Shown here piece by piece: positions 29,783 through 39,860 of a DNA stretch of 64,000 nucleotides. How positions within the stretch are numbered: position 1 is the first letter of the stretch; every line of letters begins with the position of its first letter. A model generated the notes under the pieces. It was not told the DNA's origin and made no database searches. It saw only the letters and a list, made by a program, of their open reading frames with translations. This DNA is from Gloeobacterales cyanobacterium (GTDB lineage: Bacteria; Cyanobacteriota; Cyanobacteriia; Gloeobacterales; PMM-0068). Position numbers and translations under genes: made by a program. The stretch spans positions 1-64,000 of the forward strand of contig JBBRSB010000027.1 of assembly GCA_038245785.1 (NCBI GenBank). The letters are read 5' to 3'.

Positions 29783-29849
29783 ATCACTTTTTCATACTTT
29801 AGTGCGCGAATGGCTTAATCTTGCCGAAAATAACCTTACTTTTTTTCAC
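29783..29849 (+). promoter_or_regulatory. Tandem candidate operator pair upstream of the tube/spike operon
   Basis: ATCACTTTTTCATAC (29783) and CTTACTTTTTTTCAC (29835). Confidence 0.6.
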
Positions 29850-29913
29850 TGAGGACGAAGCGTAAATTCTCTATCTTGTAAGCATAGATAACGCTAAAGA
29901 GCATTTATGGACG

Positions 29914-30135
29914 GTGAGGGCGATAGTGATGGCACCCAATCAGCGGAAGCAAAATTTTTCTAATTCAGGGCATCCTTCTAAGGCTGCTATCTCAGAAAAT
30001 CTGACTGACTTGATGTTGGCCCTCTGGACCCTCTCCTTACTGGTGCTTTTACCGATCATTGTCCCGACCCCCTTCGTTGGAGTATGGTTCGCATTCCTAC
30101 TGCTGATTACCCACTTTCTGTTCATCAGAACTTGA
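29914..30135 (+). CDS. Small two-TM membrane protein
   Basis: Two hydrophobic stretches separated by PTP; first ORF after the operator pair; start may be ATG 29929. Confidence 0.5.
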   Translation: MRAIVMAPNQRKQNFSNSGHPSKAAISENLTDLMLALWTLSLLVLLPIIVPTPFVGVWFAFLLLITHFLFIRT

Positions 30136-30181
30136 TTTCATTGGTCGCACCCACGCTTGAAACTAACCCAAGGAGAAAATC

Positions 30182-31015
30182 ATGAGCCGCCCCAGACTGG
30201 ATATTGACGAAGAGCACCAACTCACCGGGAATGAAGATCTCTCTGAACCAGCTATCTCTACAAACCAATACACTACCGATGAGGATGGAGGTGGTCAGGT
30301 CCATTCGGTCAGTGCTGATCGAGACCATGATGGAGAAGCGGATGCTTTTGAATACACCCAACGTCGCAATGATGGCACTAGCGTGCGGGCAATGGACGAA
30401 ACCCATGAAGATGGCTCTGTTTATAACCGTAGCGCCGAGATGGATCGGTCTGGCCGGGTCAAGAGCATGTATGAGCAGGAGTTCGATGATAAGGGTAAGC
30501 AGACTTCTGGACGCTATGACGATGATGGGGATGGCAAAATTGACCGAGAACTCAGAGACCTGGATGGTGATGGAGAACTGGACGAAGTCCGAGTTAACAA
30601 CCGTAAAGGCAAAGCTAGTCAATTTGATGTCGAAGCCAAAGGCGAATGGGATGTGGATGCCGATGGTGATGGGAAGACTGATTGGCGGTCGAGCCTGCAG
30701 GCTGGTCGTTCAGGCTTAGACCATAAAGTGGATGTCTTGGAAGACGGAGACGTGGTTGCTCGTGATCAGAGCCATATGGACCGAGCAGGAAACAGCCATG
30801 ATATTAGGATCGACAACGACCGAGACCATATCTTGGATGAACGTGATGTAACTCGTGCTGATGCGAGTGGTCATCGTACCTATGCCGAACGAGACCGAGC
30901 CGAGGGCATGGATATCGTTGACAAAAAAATTGATCGGGATGGCGATGGTACCGTAGACACCTGGCAGAATGACTACGACCGGGACGGCGACATGGATGAC
31001 GTCCGCATCAGATAG
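30182..31015 (+). CDS. Asp-rich protein with DxDGDG Ca2+-binding loops (candidate cargo)
   Basis: DDDGDGKID, DLDGDGELD, DADGDGKTD, DRDGDGTVD; CAAGGAG RBS; no signal peptide. Confidence 0.75.
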   Translation: MSRPRLDIDEEHQLTGNEDLSEPAISTNQYTTDEDGGGQVHSVSADRDHDGEADAFEYTQRRNDGTSVRAMDETHEDGSVYNRSAEMDRSGRVKSMYEQEFDDKGKQTSGRYDDDGDGKIDRELRDLDGDGELDEVRVNNRKGKASQFDVEAKGEWDVDADGDGKTDWRSSLQAGRSGLDHKVDVLEDGDVVARDQSHMDRAGNSHDIRIDNDRDHILDERDVTRADASGHRTYAERDRAEGMDIVDKKIDRDGDGTVDTWQNDYDRDGDMDDVRIR

Positions 31016-31042
31016 ACGCTAAAGCTTCGACTTTCGGCTACT

Positions 31043-31093
31043 ACCCAGTACCACACCCTCTTTCTACACTGACGGTCAGTACTGGGTCTTTTT
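31043..31093 (+). terminator. Hairpin plus T-tract after 30182 gene
   Basis: ACCCAGTAC ... GTACTGGGT followed by CTTTTT. Confidence 0.45.
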
Positions 31094-31276
31094 ATGCCTA
31101 CTCGCCGGACACGCCCTGCTCAAGACCAAGAGGATGATTCAGCTCCACGTTCAAAAACCGAAATCTTACGAGATCCTGCGATGCTGCAAGCACTCAGTGA
31201 AAGGGTCTATGAATTATTGCTGGAAGATTTGCGTATTCAAAGAGAACGTAATAGAAATTATGGGGGGTGGTACTGA
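31094..31276 (+). CDS. Small CIS-associated protein (L..RVY.LL..L..RER motif)
   Basis: Stop overlaps the tube-gene start (TGATG); motif shared with C-terminus of 31806-34799. Confidence 0.65.
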   Translation: MPTRRTRPAQDQEDDSAPRSKTEILRDPAMLQALSERVYELLLEDLRIQRERNRNYGGWY

Positions 31277-31773
31277 TGGCTAATGTACTACAGTACGTGA
31301 CAGCAAACCGTTTTTACGTAGAAATCGAACAAACGATCAAAGCCTCGTTTAGTGAGTGTTCGGGCTTGGGAGCAAAGATAGCACATAAGCCATATATGGA
31401 AGGCGGTGTTAATGATCAACAACGTATCTTGTTAAGCCAGACGACATTTGACCCTGTGATTCTCAAACGCGGTCTGAGTGATGATGTTGAATTTTGGAGT
31501 TGGATCAGTGAGCTGTGGAAGGATTATAAAACCCGTCGTAATGTCCATATTCTTATCTTCAACCAAGCAGGAGAACAAATGCAGTGCTGGACTCTAATCG
31601 GTGCAATTCCTGTTGCGTGGAAAGTGCCGACATTGAAAGCAGATTCGAACACGATGGCTATTGAGCAGTTGACCTTAGCCTATGAGGGTTTAAAAGTAGC
31701 TAAAGAAGGTGGCGGGGGTGCCACTATCAAGATCTCACGGAATGACAAATCGGGCGACTTCCCAAGCAACTAG
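31276..31773 (+). CDS. CIS tube protein (Afp5/Pvc5-like, baseplate-proximal)
   Basis: NRFYVEI..FSECSGL..EGGVND..LKRG..FWSW..RRNV.I..FNQAG..W.L.GA.PV.W. Confidence 0.9.
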   Translation: MANVLQYVTANRFYVEIEQTIKASFSECSGLGAKIAHKPYMEGGVNDQQRILLSQTTFDPVILKRGLSDDVEFWSWISELWKDYKTRRNVHILIFNQAGEQMQCWTLIGAIPVAWKVPTLKADSNTMAIEQLTLAYEGLKVAKEGGGGATIKISRNDKSGDFPSN

Positions 31774-31805
31774 GTCATTGTGAAGCCCTGATCTGCAGGA
31801 AGGTT

Positions 31806-34799
31806 ATGGATACACTATCTGACGATGAAGTACTACTCCCTCTGGGCTTAGCTAATCCCTTGCTTCCTCCCGAACCGCTTGGGCAGGAGCCACTGTATCC
31901 CCAGTTTTTGATGCCTGTTGCCACAGTACCTTTGATGGCAGCCAATCCTGCTGTGTTTTTCCCAGAGGGGCTACCAGGCTACCAGCCACCTGATAATACC
32001 TTCCAAGAATCTCCTTTCTTTATCCAAGCAAGAGAAGCCCTGAGGCCCAGGCCAATAGAAGTTCTGCCGGAAGTTTCCCCAAGAGCCCCTCGCCCTCCAC
32101 GCTCCGAATTGCTGAATGAATTGGCTCCTCCAGAGAACTTCGAAACCTTCTTGGAAGCTCCAGAGATAGAGGCAGAGTTAACAAGCCCTCTTATAGAAGA
32201 GCTTGAAGCTCCAAATCTTGAAAACATTCCAGCCCTAGAAGAATTAGCAGAAGTAGAGTCGAATGTTATTTCTGAAGCGATAGAAGTAGAAGAACCGTCA
32301 GCAGTGCAACCTGCGATAGACACGCCTTCTCTTTCTCCAGAGACTACTTCCACGCCTATATCCGGCCCAGAAGAAAACCTCATCTCTGATCCTTTGCTCA
32401 CAGAACCGATAACGACTAATCCGATTCCTGAGGAAGCAGAACTATTGCCTGCTGGGGAGTTATCGGCTGTTCTCACGGAGCCTGAGTTCCCCCAAGTTGT
32501 AGAAACGCCGGAAGTCCTAGAACCAGAAATAACCGCTGAGCTTCCTGCGCTACCTATCGAGGCAGAGGAACCAGTTTCCCAAGAAGCAGCGTTAACCTCA
32601 GAGATTCCCGTTTCTTTTATCCCTACGGAAGAAGTGGGAGAAACAACAGAAGTAGTGACCGATGTTATCAATCCAGAACCAGAGCTTCTATCAGGCTTGC
32701 AACTGGAGACATCAACGGAAAATAGTCAGCTTGAGGAGATTGCTCTTGAAGCGGAAGAAACGCTCCAGGCTCCCGAACCTGCTGTAGTGCAAACCGTGGT
32801 GGCAGAGACAGAAGAACCCATCCTGGAATCCCCAGCCGTTGAGAATACTGAACTTTTAGAATCCCCAGTGCTTCCAGAAATTGAAGTGCCCGAAGAGGTT
32901 CCCCTGGCTGCGTCTTCTTCTGAAGGAGCTGAGCCTCTTTCCGAACTCCCTGAGGAACCCCCGATCGAGTCTGAAGGGCCAATCCTGGCTACCCCAGAGA
33001 TCGAGAATGCTGAACTTTTAGAATCTCCAGTTCTTTTAGAAATTGAAGTACCAGAAGAAATTCCTCCAATAGCAGCATCTTCTCCCGAAGAAGCGCCTCC
33101 TGAAGTACTAGAAACGCCTATTGCCACTTCTGAGATAATTCCCAAAGAACAAAAAGAAATAGGTATTGTTTCAGAATCATCGCCTCTGGAAGAAGAAGCA
33201 GAAGGTGCAGTGAGTACTTCAGAAGCGGCAACATCATTACCCGTCGAAATAACAGCTGAAGCCTCGCAAAGCGCAGAGACCGCTCCGCCAGAAACCTATG
33301 AAGAGCAATTACTAATCACCGAAGAGGTTCCAATCAACATAGAAAGTGAGGAACCTCCTGTCACTCCAAAAGTAGAACCAATTGCAGCGGAGCAAAACGT
33401 ACCCGAAGAAACTATAGCGAGTAGTGTTGAATCTTTGGCCGCCCGTGTTCAAGAAATGGCCACACCCATAGTTGAACAGGGTCTTGAAAATGAGCCGGAG
33501 ACAGAAGCCAGTCCCCTGATTTCCAGACGTCAAGAATTTTTAGAAGAGCAAATTGAAGTCTCTAGTGGGCTGGAACCAGAAGAGTTAGGTGTAAAAGAAG
33601 CGGCCTTTGTCCCAGAGAATGTGAGTCCAGAAGTCCATCAAGAGAGCAGCGCTAACCCAGAAACAGAGATAGCAGAAACCCCTCTCTTAGAAATCCCTGG
33701 TCCTGTCCTTGTGCCCACAGAGGCTTCTGCTGCCGCCCCTGAAAATCCCTTGGTTGAAGAAGAACAGGAAAACCTATCCGTTCCCAATCAACCAGAAATG
33801 TTGAGAGCACCAGCAGTAGAAAACTTGGAAGTCATTCCTTCACTACCGACTATGCTTGAAGATTTAGGAATTCTTACTTCCTTAATCACTGCTTCCCCCC
33901 TCACGCAACTATCCAATTTTCTGCCGACTTCCTCTGAGCCATTCTCCTCTGGGCGTCAGATGGGAATGCCTTTTGGATTAGAACAGCCGATGACCTTTGC
34001 CTCACCTAATGTCCCGCGTCAAACTATTACACGCAGGGAAGAGGATTCTGTGGCACCCACTCCAACTCCCGAACCGAGCCTATTAACCACTCCTAACTCA
34101 CCCGAACCTTCAGAACAAAATTCACCTAGAGAGAATCAATCAGCAGAAAATACACAAGAGACTGTCAATGCTGAAACCACAAAAACAGATGGAAACATAA
34201 CAGCGGAAGCATTGGTTTCCCCCAGACAAGAGGCGCTATTGCAGTCTCTTGAAGAAGAAATTCAGTTACCCATAGTTAATGCTCCATCCGTGATGCGCAG
34301 CAATGGTAATTATATCCCTCTAACCTTTGCCTCTAAACCTACACCCAGATCACGCAGCACGGCCCAACAAGAAAGAGCACCCAGTTTTTCAACTGAAGAA
34401 AATATACCCACTGAATGGTCCAGCATAGAGGAATTAATTAGAGGGAATTCATCTTCAAGAAGTGAAGAATTGATTTCATCTCTTATGAATCCAGAATCAA
34501 CGAACTTTGACAATTGGGAAAATCTGATATCGTATGGTTCTAATAGAAACTATACTTCACCAGAAGGTAATGAAGAGCAAGGATACTCTTCTACTTTTAT
34601 GCCCCTAGAACAAAGCAATGAAGAAACTACAGAAACCTTAAAAGGGAATGATGAATTCTCACTAGAAAATATTAATGAAGAGGAAATGGATGAACTGGAA
34701 CTTGAAGTTTTAGCACGAAAAATCTATAGTTTTCTACAGCAAAAGTTAGCTATAGAAAGAGAGCGTAAGGGATTGTATATAGGTCGTTTGCCTTGGTAA
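31806..34799 (+). CDS. Glu/Pro-rich low-complexity CIS protein (possible tape-measure/lumen protein)
   Basis: 997 aa, very acidic; conserved-looking C-terminus LEVLARKIY..L..KL.IERERKG; internal duplication at about 32817 and 32979. Confidence 0.65.
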   Translation: MDTLSDDEVLLPLGLANPLLPPEPLGQEPLYPQFLMPVATVPLMAANPAVFFPEGLPGYQPPDNTFQESPFFIQAREALRPRPIEVLPEVSPRAPRPPRSELLNELAPPENFETFLEAPEIEAELTSPLIEELEAPNLENIPALEELAEVESNVISEAIEVEEPSAVQPAIDTPSLSPETTSTPISGPEENLISDPLLTEPITTNPIPEEAELLPAGELSAVLTEPEFPQVVETPEVLEPEITAELPALPIEAEEPVSQEAALTSEIPVSFIPTEEVGETTEVVTDVINPEPELLSGLQLETSTENSQLEEIALEAEETLQAPEPAVVQTVVAETEEPILESPAVENTELLESPVLPEIEVPEEVPLAASSSEGAEPLSELPEEPPIESEGPILATPEIENAELLESPVLLEIEVPEEIPPIAASSPEEAPPEVLETPIATSEIIPKEQKEIGIVSESSPLEEEAEGAVSTSEAATSLPVEITAEASQSAETAPPETYEEQLLITEEVPINIESEEPPVTPKVEPIAAEQNVPEETIASSVESLAARVQEMATPIVEQGLENEPETEASPLISRRQEFLEEQIEVSSGLEPEELGVKEAAFVPENVSPEVHQESSANPETEIAETPLLEIPGPVLVPTEASAAAPENPLVEEEQENLSVPNQPEMLRAPAVENLEVIPSLPTMLEDLGILTSLITASPLTQLSNFLPTSSEPFSSGRQMGMPFGLEQPMTFASPNVPRQTITRREEDSVAPTPTPEPSLLTTPNSPEPSEQNSPRENQSAENTQETVNAETTKTDGNITAEALVSPRQEALLQSLEEEIQLPIVNAPSVMRSNGNYIPLTFASKPTPRSRSTAQQERAPSFSTEENIPTEWSSIEELIRGNSSSRSEELISSLMNPESTNFDNWENLISYGSNRNYTSPEGNEEQGYSSTFMPLEQSNEETTETLKGNDEFSLENINEEEMDELELEVLARKIYSFLQQKLAIERERKGLYIGRLPW

Positions 34800-34832
34800 T
34801 AATTCAAACGTTTTGAGAGGATAAATATCACT

Positions 34833-35408
34833 ATGAAACTTGAGAAAGCTAGCCTTATTCCAGTCGATGGGGAAAAGGCTGATCCTATAAAATTTATGTT
34901 TAATCCAACGCAGCTTAGTTTTTCTCGTAAAGCTGAATGGAAAGATAAAAAAGGTGCTCGGGGTGATGATGATGTCTTGTCTACCACAGATTTCACCGGG
35001 GTCGTGCCCTATGTCCTTAATATCAAGAAGATTATTTTTGATACTTATGAAAGTAGCGAAGATGTCCTAGAGCAGTACTTAAATAGGCTTAAGCAATCTG
35101 TCACACCGACAGAACATACTAATTCTAGTAAAGGTGCTAGTGGTCAAAGTGCAACAAAAAATCGGAAACGCCCACCTGTATATATATTTACTTGGGGAGA
35201 GCTGGGAAAGCGGGAAAAGGAGGGAAAACTGATTGAATTCCGATGTGTTGTGACCACTCTTGCGTATAACTTAACTATGTTCTTACCTAATGGCATACCC
35301 GTCCGCGCTGAAGTAGACCTGACCTTAAAGGAGGTAGATAAAGAAAGGCAAAATCAATCTGGGACTCCTCAGCCTACTTCTAAGCAACGAGAGGAAGGAG
35401 GAAGGTAA
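34833..35408 (+). CDS. CIS tube initiator (Afp7/Pvc7-like)
   Basis: LEKA..I.FMFNP.QL..FDTYE..RPP..F.WG..TMF..NG.PVRA.V.LTLKE. Confidence 0.85.
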   Translation: MKLEKASLIPVDGEKADPIKFMFNPTQLSFSRKAEWKDKKGARGDDDVLSTTDFTGVVPYVLNIKKIIFDTYESSEDVLEQYLNRLKQSVTPTEHTNSSKGASGQSATKNRKRPPVYIFTWGELGKREKEGKLIEFRCVVTTLAYNLTMFLPNGIPVRAEVDLTLKEVDKERQNQSGTPQPTSKQREEGGR

Positions 35409-35523
35409 AAACTAAGGGATTAAGCAAGAAGAGGAACGAAGTAGGAATAAGACTGGTTATCTTGACGTTTGAATAATTGATGAAAGTTTGAGTTGGCCAC
35501 ATAAGAAATACTTAGGTGCATTT

Positions 35524-37335
35524 ATGCCAAGTAATGAGAGCCGCTATATCTCTCGCCTCTCCATTCAATTAGAAGGTTTGAAGCGAGAAAAACAGCAAAA
35601 ATTGAGTCAGGATGTACTTCAGTTATTTATTGAAGAAAGTCTCCACTTGCCAGCTATGTTTACAATCATTTTGCATAATCCTTTCACTACTGGACGCAGC
35701 CAAGATGAGCATCCCTGGTTGGAAAATAATACTCTGGCTATTGGTAAGTGGATCAAGTTTGGTTTTCATACTGCTACTACGGAGGCTCAAGAATTCCAAA
35801 CAGAAAAATCTATTGACTGTATTTTTGAAGGCGAGATTACTGCGATTGAAGCTCATTTTACGGAGGGTGGGGATGCGCCAATTGTAATTCGAGGTTATGA
35901 CGCATCTCATCGTCTCCATCGGGGACGCTATAACCGCTCCTTTGTGAATATGACTGATAGCGACATCGTTAAGAAAATTGCTAATGAAGTAAGCATTAGA
36001 AAAGGCAAAATCGATGATAGTGGTGCTCCTCATGACTATGTTTTCCAGGAGAACCAGACGAACATGGCTTTTTTACGGGAAAGGGCAGCTCGAATCGGCT
36101 TTGAACTCTTTGTTCTCTATGACAGCGAAGAAAAAGAGAATAAACTGCATTTCCGTAAACCCCAGACAGATCAATCTCTAGACCTGAAATGGCTCGTGGA
36201 TATCCATAGTTTCCGCACTCGCATAACCAGCGCAGAGCAGGTGAGTTCGGTAGAAGTCCGGGGATGGGATTACGGGGAAAAAAAAGCAATTGTCTCTACT
36301 GCTAGGCGCGAACGCCTAATTACTGAAACAGGAAGCCAACAGGGAAGCCAGACCAGTACAAAATTCCGTCTCGATAGCCAACCTCCTAAGATGATTGTGG
36401 TAGATCAGCCTGTATTCAGTCCAAAAGAAGCAGACACCATGGCTCAGGCTCTATGCGATGAACTAGGTGGTGAATTTGTCTATGCTGATGCAAAAGGTCA
36501 GGGGAATCCAGATATCCGTCCAGGCCGGGTGGTGAAGCTCCAAGGTATGGGGGAACGTTATAACGGTGAATACTACATCACTGAAGCTCGCCATATCTTT
36601 CATGAGAACGTATATACCACCGAATTTAGTGTGCGAGGTTTGCGCGGGGGCAGCCTATTCGATACCTTATCCCCTCAAACTCACCTCAAACCAGGACAGA
36701 CTTTTCTAGTTGGAATTGTCACTAATAATAAAGATCCAAAAGGTTGGGGCCGGGTCAAAGTCAAATTTCCAACGCTAACAGAAGATCATGAAAGTCATTG
36801 GGCCAGAGTTGTAGGCGTCGGTGCCGCCAATCATCGGGGGTTCGATTGCTTGCCCGAAGTGGATGATGAGGTACTGGTTGCTTTTGAACATGGAGATATT
36901 CATCGGCCTTATATCTTGGGTGGAGTTTGGAATGGGAAAGATGCTCCTCCTGAGAAGGTAGATGATTCTGTTCAAGATGGCAAGGTGCGCCTACGAACGA
37001 TTAAAACGCGCACCGGGCACGTCCTCCAATTCGTGGAAGAAGATAAAGGGGGCAGCAAGGCAGGGATTTACATCACAACTTCCGGTGGACACAAAGTGCG
37101 AATCAATGACAGCGACCGCAAAGTTGAAATTGAAACTAATGGCGGTCATACCCTGACGATGGATGATCATGGAGTAGGAAGTATCAGCATGAGTTCCACG
37201 GGCAGCATCAGCATCGAAGCCAGGACCAGTATTGATATCAAGGCCAACACCAGTATCAGTATCAATGGAGCCACGATTAGCATTAAAGGAACAGGTCCTG
37301 TCACCGTTCAAGGAACCCCAATTGCGCTTAACTAG
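35524..37335 (+). CDS. vgrG: VgrG-like spike (Afp8/Pvc8)
   Basis: gp27-like N-part (F.GEITA.E, RGYD..HRL.RG, Q.NQT..FL..RA.R.G), gp5 OB fold (DP..GRVKVKFP, LPEVDDEVLV.F..GD..P), beta-helix C-terminus. Confidence 0.93.
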   Translation: MPSNESRYISRLSIQLEGLKREKQQKLSQDVLQLFIEESLHLPAMFTIILHNPFTTGRSQDEHPWLENNTLAIGKWIKFGFHTATTEAQEFQTEKSIDCIFEGEITAIEAHFTEGGDAPIVIRGYDASHRLHRGRYNRSFVNMTDSDIVKKIANEVSIRKGKIDDSGAPHDYVFQENQTNMAFLRERAARIGFELFVLYDSEEKENKLHFRKPQTDQSLDLKWLVDIHSFRTRITSAEQVSSVEVRGWDYGEKKAIVSTARRERLITETGSQQGSQTSTKFRLDSQPPKMIVVDQPVFSPKEADTMAQALCDELGGEFVYADAKGQGNPDIRPGRVVKLQGMGERYNGEYYITEARHIFHENVYTTEFSVRGLRGGSLFDTLSPQTHLKPGQTFLVGIVTNNKDPKGWGRVKVKFPTLTEDHESHWARVVGVGAANHRGFDCLPEVDDEVLVAFEHGDIHRPYILGGVWNGKDAPPEKVDDSVQDGKVRLRTIKTRTGHVLQFVEEDKGGSKAGIYITTSGGHKVRINDSDRKVEIETNGGHTLTMDDHGVGSISMSSTGSISIEARTSIDIKANTSISINGATISIKGTGPVTVQGTPIALN

Positions 37336-37359
37336 ACCTCTATTCAAGGAGAAATTGCT

Positions 37360-37803
37360 ATGGCGGGTAGACCTGCTGCTCGAATTACAGACCTTACAGC
37401 TCATGGTGCACCGCTATTACCAGGGCCGGGGAGTCCCAACGTGATTATTGGAGGACTTCTGGCCTGGCGGGGAGTGCCCGCAGCGATGGGACAGCAAATG
37501 AAACAGCTCTCTGAACAGAATCAACGGGAGATTGATTTGGCTGTCGCTCCTCCTGCCAAGGCTGCGGCGATAGCAAAAGGATTAGCAGCTGGTTCGCTCA
37601 TGGCTGCAGCCTTCCCCTGTGATAAAAATCTCTGTCCACCGCCCCCTATCCCAACAATTCATGGCATTGGTGTAGTGATTGATGGGAGCCAAACAGTTCT
37701 TATCAATAACCTGCCTGCCTGCCGCATGGGCGACACCGTTCAGGAAGCTACTAGTACGAATAAGATTGCGTTTGGCTTACCCACGGTTCTGATTGGTGGC
37801 TAG
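37360..37803 (+). CDS. PAAR spike-tip protein
   Basis: PAARITD..HG; GSQTVLINNLPACRMGD; TVLIGG. Confidence 0.93.
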   Translation: MAGRPAARITDLTAHGAPLLPGPGSPNVIIGGLLAWRGVPAAMGQQMKQLSEQNQREIDLAVAPPAKAAAIAKGLAAGSLMAAAFPCDKNLCPPPPIPTIHGIGVVIDGSQTVLINNLPACRMGDTVQEATSTNKIAFGLPTVLIGG

Positions 37804-39860
37804 AACGAATAAACAGCCCGCAGAGTGCCGATCCATAACGTAGGATTACTGCTGATATTTCCTGGTTGAGAAATGAACAACAGATCGGGGGTGATCGTCA
37901 TTCGGTCATTGACTCGGAAACTATAGTAAGCCTCAATATCGGTCTCCGTTCCGTTATTCAAGTTAGGCAACGCATAATTTCCCGTGATCGATGCCTTGGT
38001 TGAGCGTGGTGGCTGCCCGATAGAGATGGCTCCGACATTTCCGATGGTGAAAAGATCGGGGAAAGAAAAGCCAAACTGCCAGGTAGTGGCATCGAAACTA
38101 AACGTGTCTTTGTTGCTGCCATTAGAACTAGTAATGCTCCCATTGCCTGTAAAGCGCAAAGTTCCAGAACCAAAGCCATAGCGCCCAAATATAGCAACAT
38201 TAGGCGTAAGCGCCCATTCCGCATTGACGCCAAAATTATCGCTTTGCAGGTTATCCCCGGCCCCAAAAATTGGGAAATTGCCGCCTGTTAATTTATCAGG
38301 GAAAAGAGGACGTTCTCCTGTGAGTCCAGCTTGGAAATTTCGCGTGAAATGGGAGTATTGCAAACGGATAGCAGCAGTAGGTGAGGGTAGAAATTCAAAC
38401 TCTGTCACCAGGGTCGTGTTTCCTCCTGTGAGGCCACCATTACCGAAGCCAAAAGATTGCCCTCCACTAGCTGCAATATATGAGCCCCTCCAGGAAAATT
38501 GAGGAGCAATAGTCCAGTCAAAACCGAAGCCAGGACCAGCAAAACCGATGTCTTGATTGACCGTCTTTGCTCCATTTGCATCCACAATAGGTAGTGCAAT
38601 AGTCCGGGTGATCAATTGATTTTTCAGCAGAGAAGTAGCAGAAAAATCGACTTCTTCATTACTGGCATAGCTATTGTTATCAATTAATTCAAATAGCTGG
38701 GTGCGGGGTCCAACATAGAAACGGAAGTTATCCCCAAAGAGCGGGGCTACATAGCGAACTTTGTCGAAGGTGACGGTAGCATTGCCATTGGTTCCGACGG
38801 AGGCCCTAGAAGCAACGGAACCATCAGCGATTCCGGCAAAGAATAAGCTCCCAGGGTCAGTCGCTGAGTTGTTCCCAAAGGTGAAGGAAGCATCTTGACC
38901 TGTAACACCACTTAAACGAACTAAGAGTTCATCTTTGCCTGTAAAAGTTGTGCGTAGATTGAGACGGGTACGACCTACAAAAGTAGTATTTCCACCAGAG
39001 CCGGGGACTGCGCTGGATATGACCCCTCCGGTTGGAGTAGCACAAGGACTGTCAAGGCCAGACACAGCTTGTGCAATCAAGAGCGGATTGGGTACATCGG
39101 TGTTTAGGAGATTATCTGTTAAAGCAGATGCCACCAGCACGGAGGGCTGGGCTATGCGATTAAAGCCAATCGGTCCCCCTGTTACAGGCGGCGGCTGAGA
39201 AATAGGGATCTGAGGAATAGGTATTTGAGGAGGAATACAGCCAGCTGAACTGAAGACACTACCCGATAATCCACCAAAAGGACCGCCAAGGGTTACATCA
39301 CCACTAGCGCCGCCGCCTGTAACGGCCATAACTACCGAACCATCAAGCTTGGTCGTCGTGGAAAATTGATGGGCTTCCAGTTCTTTCGTTTTCGCTTCTA
39401 GAGCATCAGTACGGCCTTTGAGGGTTGCCAGTTCTGTCTTGAATTCTTCTTGCATTCGTTGAACAATGGCTAAGTCTTCTTTGGTAGCAAGCGAAGCCGT
39501 GGCTGCCGCAATTTGTTCCCCTACTTTGTCAAGACAAGCATTCAAACCTGCCGCAAATTCATAACGGCTGAGCGGTCTATTCCCTAAATATTTCTTACTG
39601 GGATAGCCTTCAATACAACCATAGCGTTCGACCAGAGATTTAAGAGCTTGAAAGGCCCAGCTATTTGGGTCTACATCAGTTAATTCTGAGACAGAAGACA
39701 CCTGAGATATGCTATCCCTAGAATTGATCATGCCAGAAACAGAAGTGTCCGGAGTAGCTAATGCTGGAACAGCAAGAATACTCAGAGACAAGGAACCAGA
39801 AAGCCCTAAAAGATGAGCAAAGCTAAATCGTGTACCCCACATAACAATTCGACTCCTCAC
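37800..39860 (-). CDS. Cyanobacterial outer-membrane porin (SLH + OprB/iron-uptake porin family)
   Basis: Signal peptide; DVDPNSWAFQALKSLVERYGCI.GYP SLH; QFSTTTKL.G; C-terminal GTLRAVYSF. Confidence 0.92.
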   Translation of the reverse strand: MRSRIVMWGTRFSFAHLLGLSGSLSLSILAVPALATPDTSVSGMINSRDSISQVSSVSELTDVDPNSWAFQALKSLVERYGCIEGYPSKKYLGNRPLSRYEFAAGLNACLDKVGEQIAAATASLATKEDLAIVQRMQEEFKTELATLKGRTDALEAKTKELEAHQFSTTTKLDGSVVMAVTGGGASGDVTLGGPFGGLSGSVFSSAGCIPPQIPIPQIPISQPPPVTGGPIGFNRIAQPSVLVASALTDNLLNTDVPNPLLIAQAVSGLDSPCATPTGGVISSAVPGSGGNTTFVGRTRLNLRTTFTGKDELLVRLSGVTGQDASFTFGNNSATDPGSLFFAGIADGSVASRASVGTNGNATVTFDKVRYVAPLFGDNFRFYVGPRTQLFELIDNNSYASNEEVDFSATSLLKNQLITRTIALPIVDANGAKTVNQDIGFAGPGFGFDWTIAPQFSWRGSYIAASGGQSFGFGNGGLTGGNTTLVTEFEFLPSPTAAIRLQYSHFTRNFQAGLTGERPLFPDKLTGGNFPIFGAGDNLQSDNFGVNAEWALTPNVAIFGRYGFGSGTLRFTGNGSITSSNGSNKDTFSFDATTWQFGFSFPDLFTIGNVGAISIGQPPRSTKASITGNYALPNLNNGTETDIEAYYSFRVNDRMTITPDLLFISQPGNISSNPTLWIGTLRAVYSF

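Noticed and set aside
31979..33533. Antisense ORFs within the 997-aa Glu/Pro-rich gene (and similar shadows over mreB/C, sheath, VgrG)
   Set aside because: Ser/Phe-rich shadow frames caused by codon bias of the sense gene; no motifs
17895..37803. Type VI secretion system
   Set aside because: Single-gene sheath and gp19-type tubes; no TssB/C, Hcp, TssJLM, TssK or ClpV recognisable
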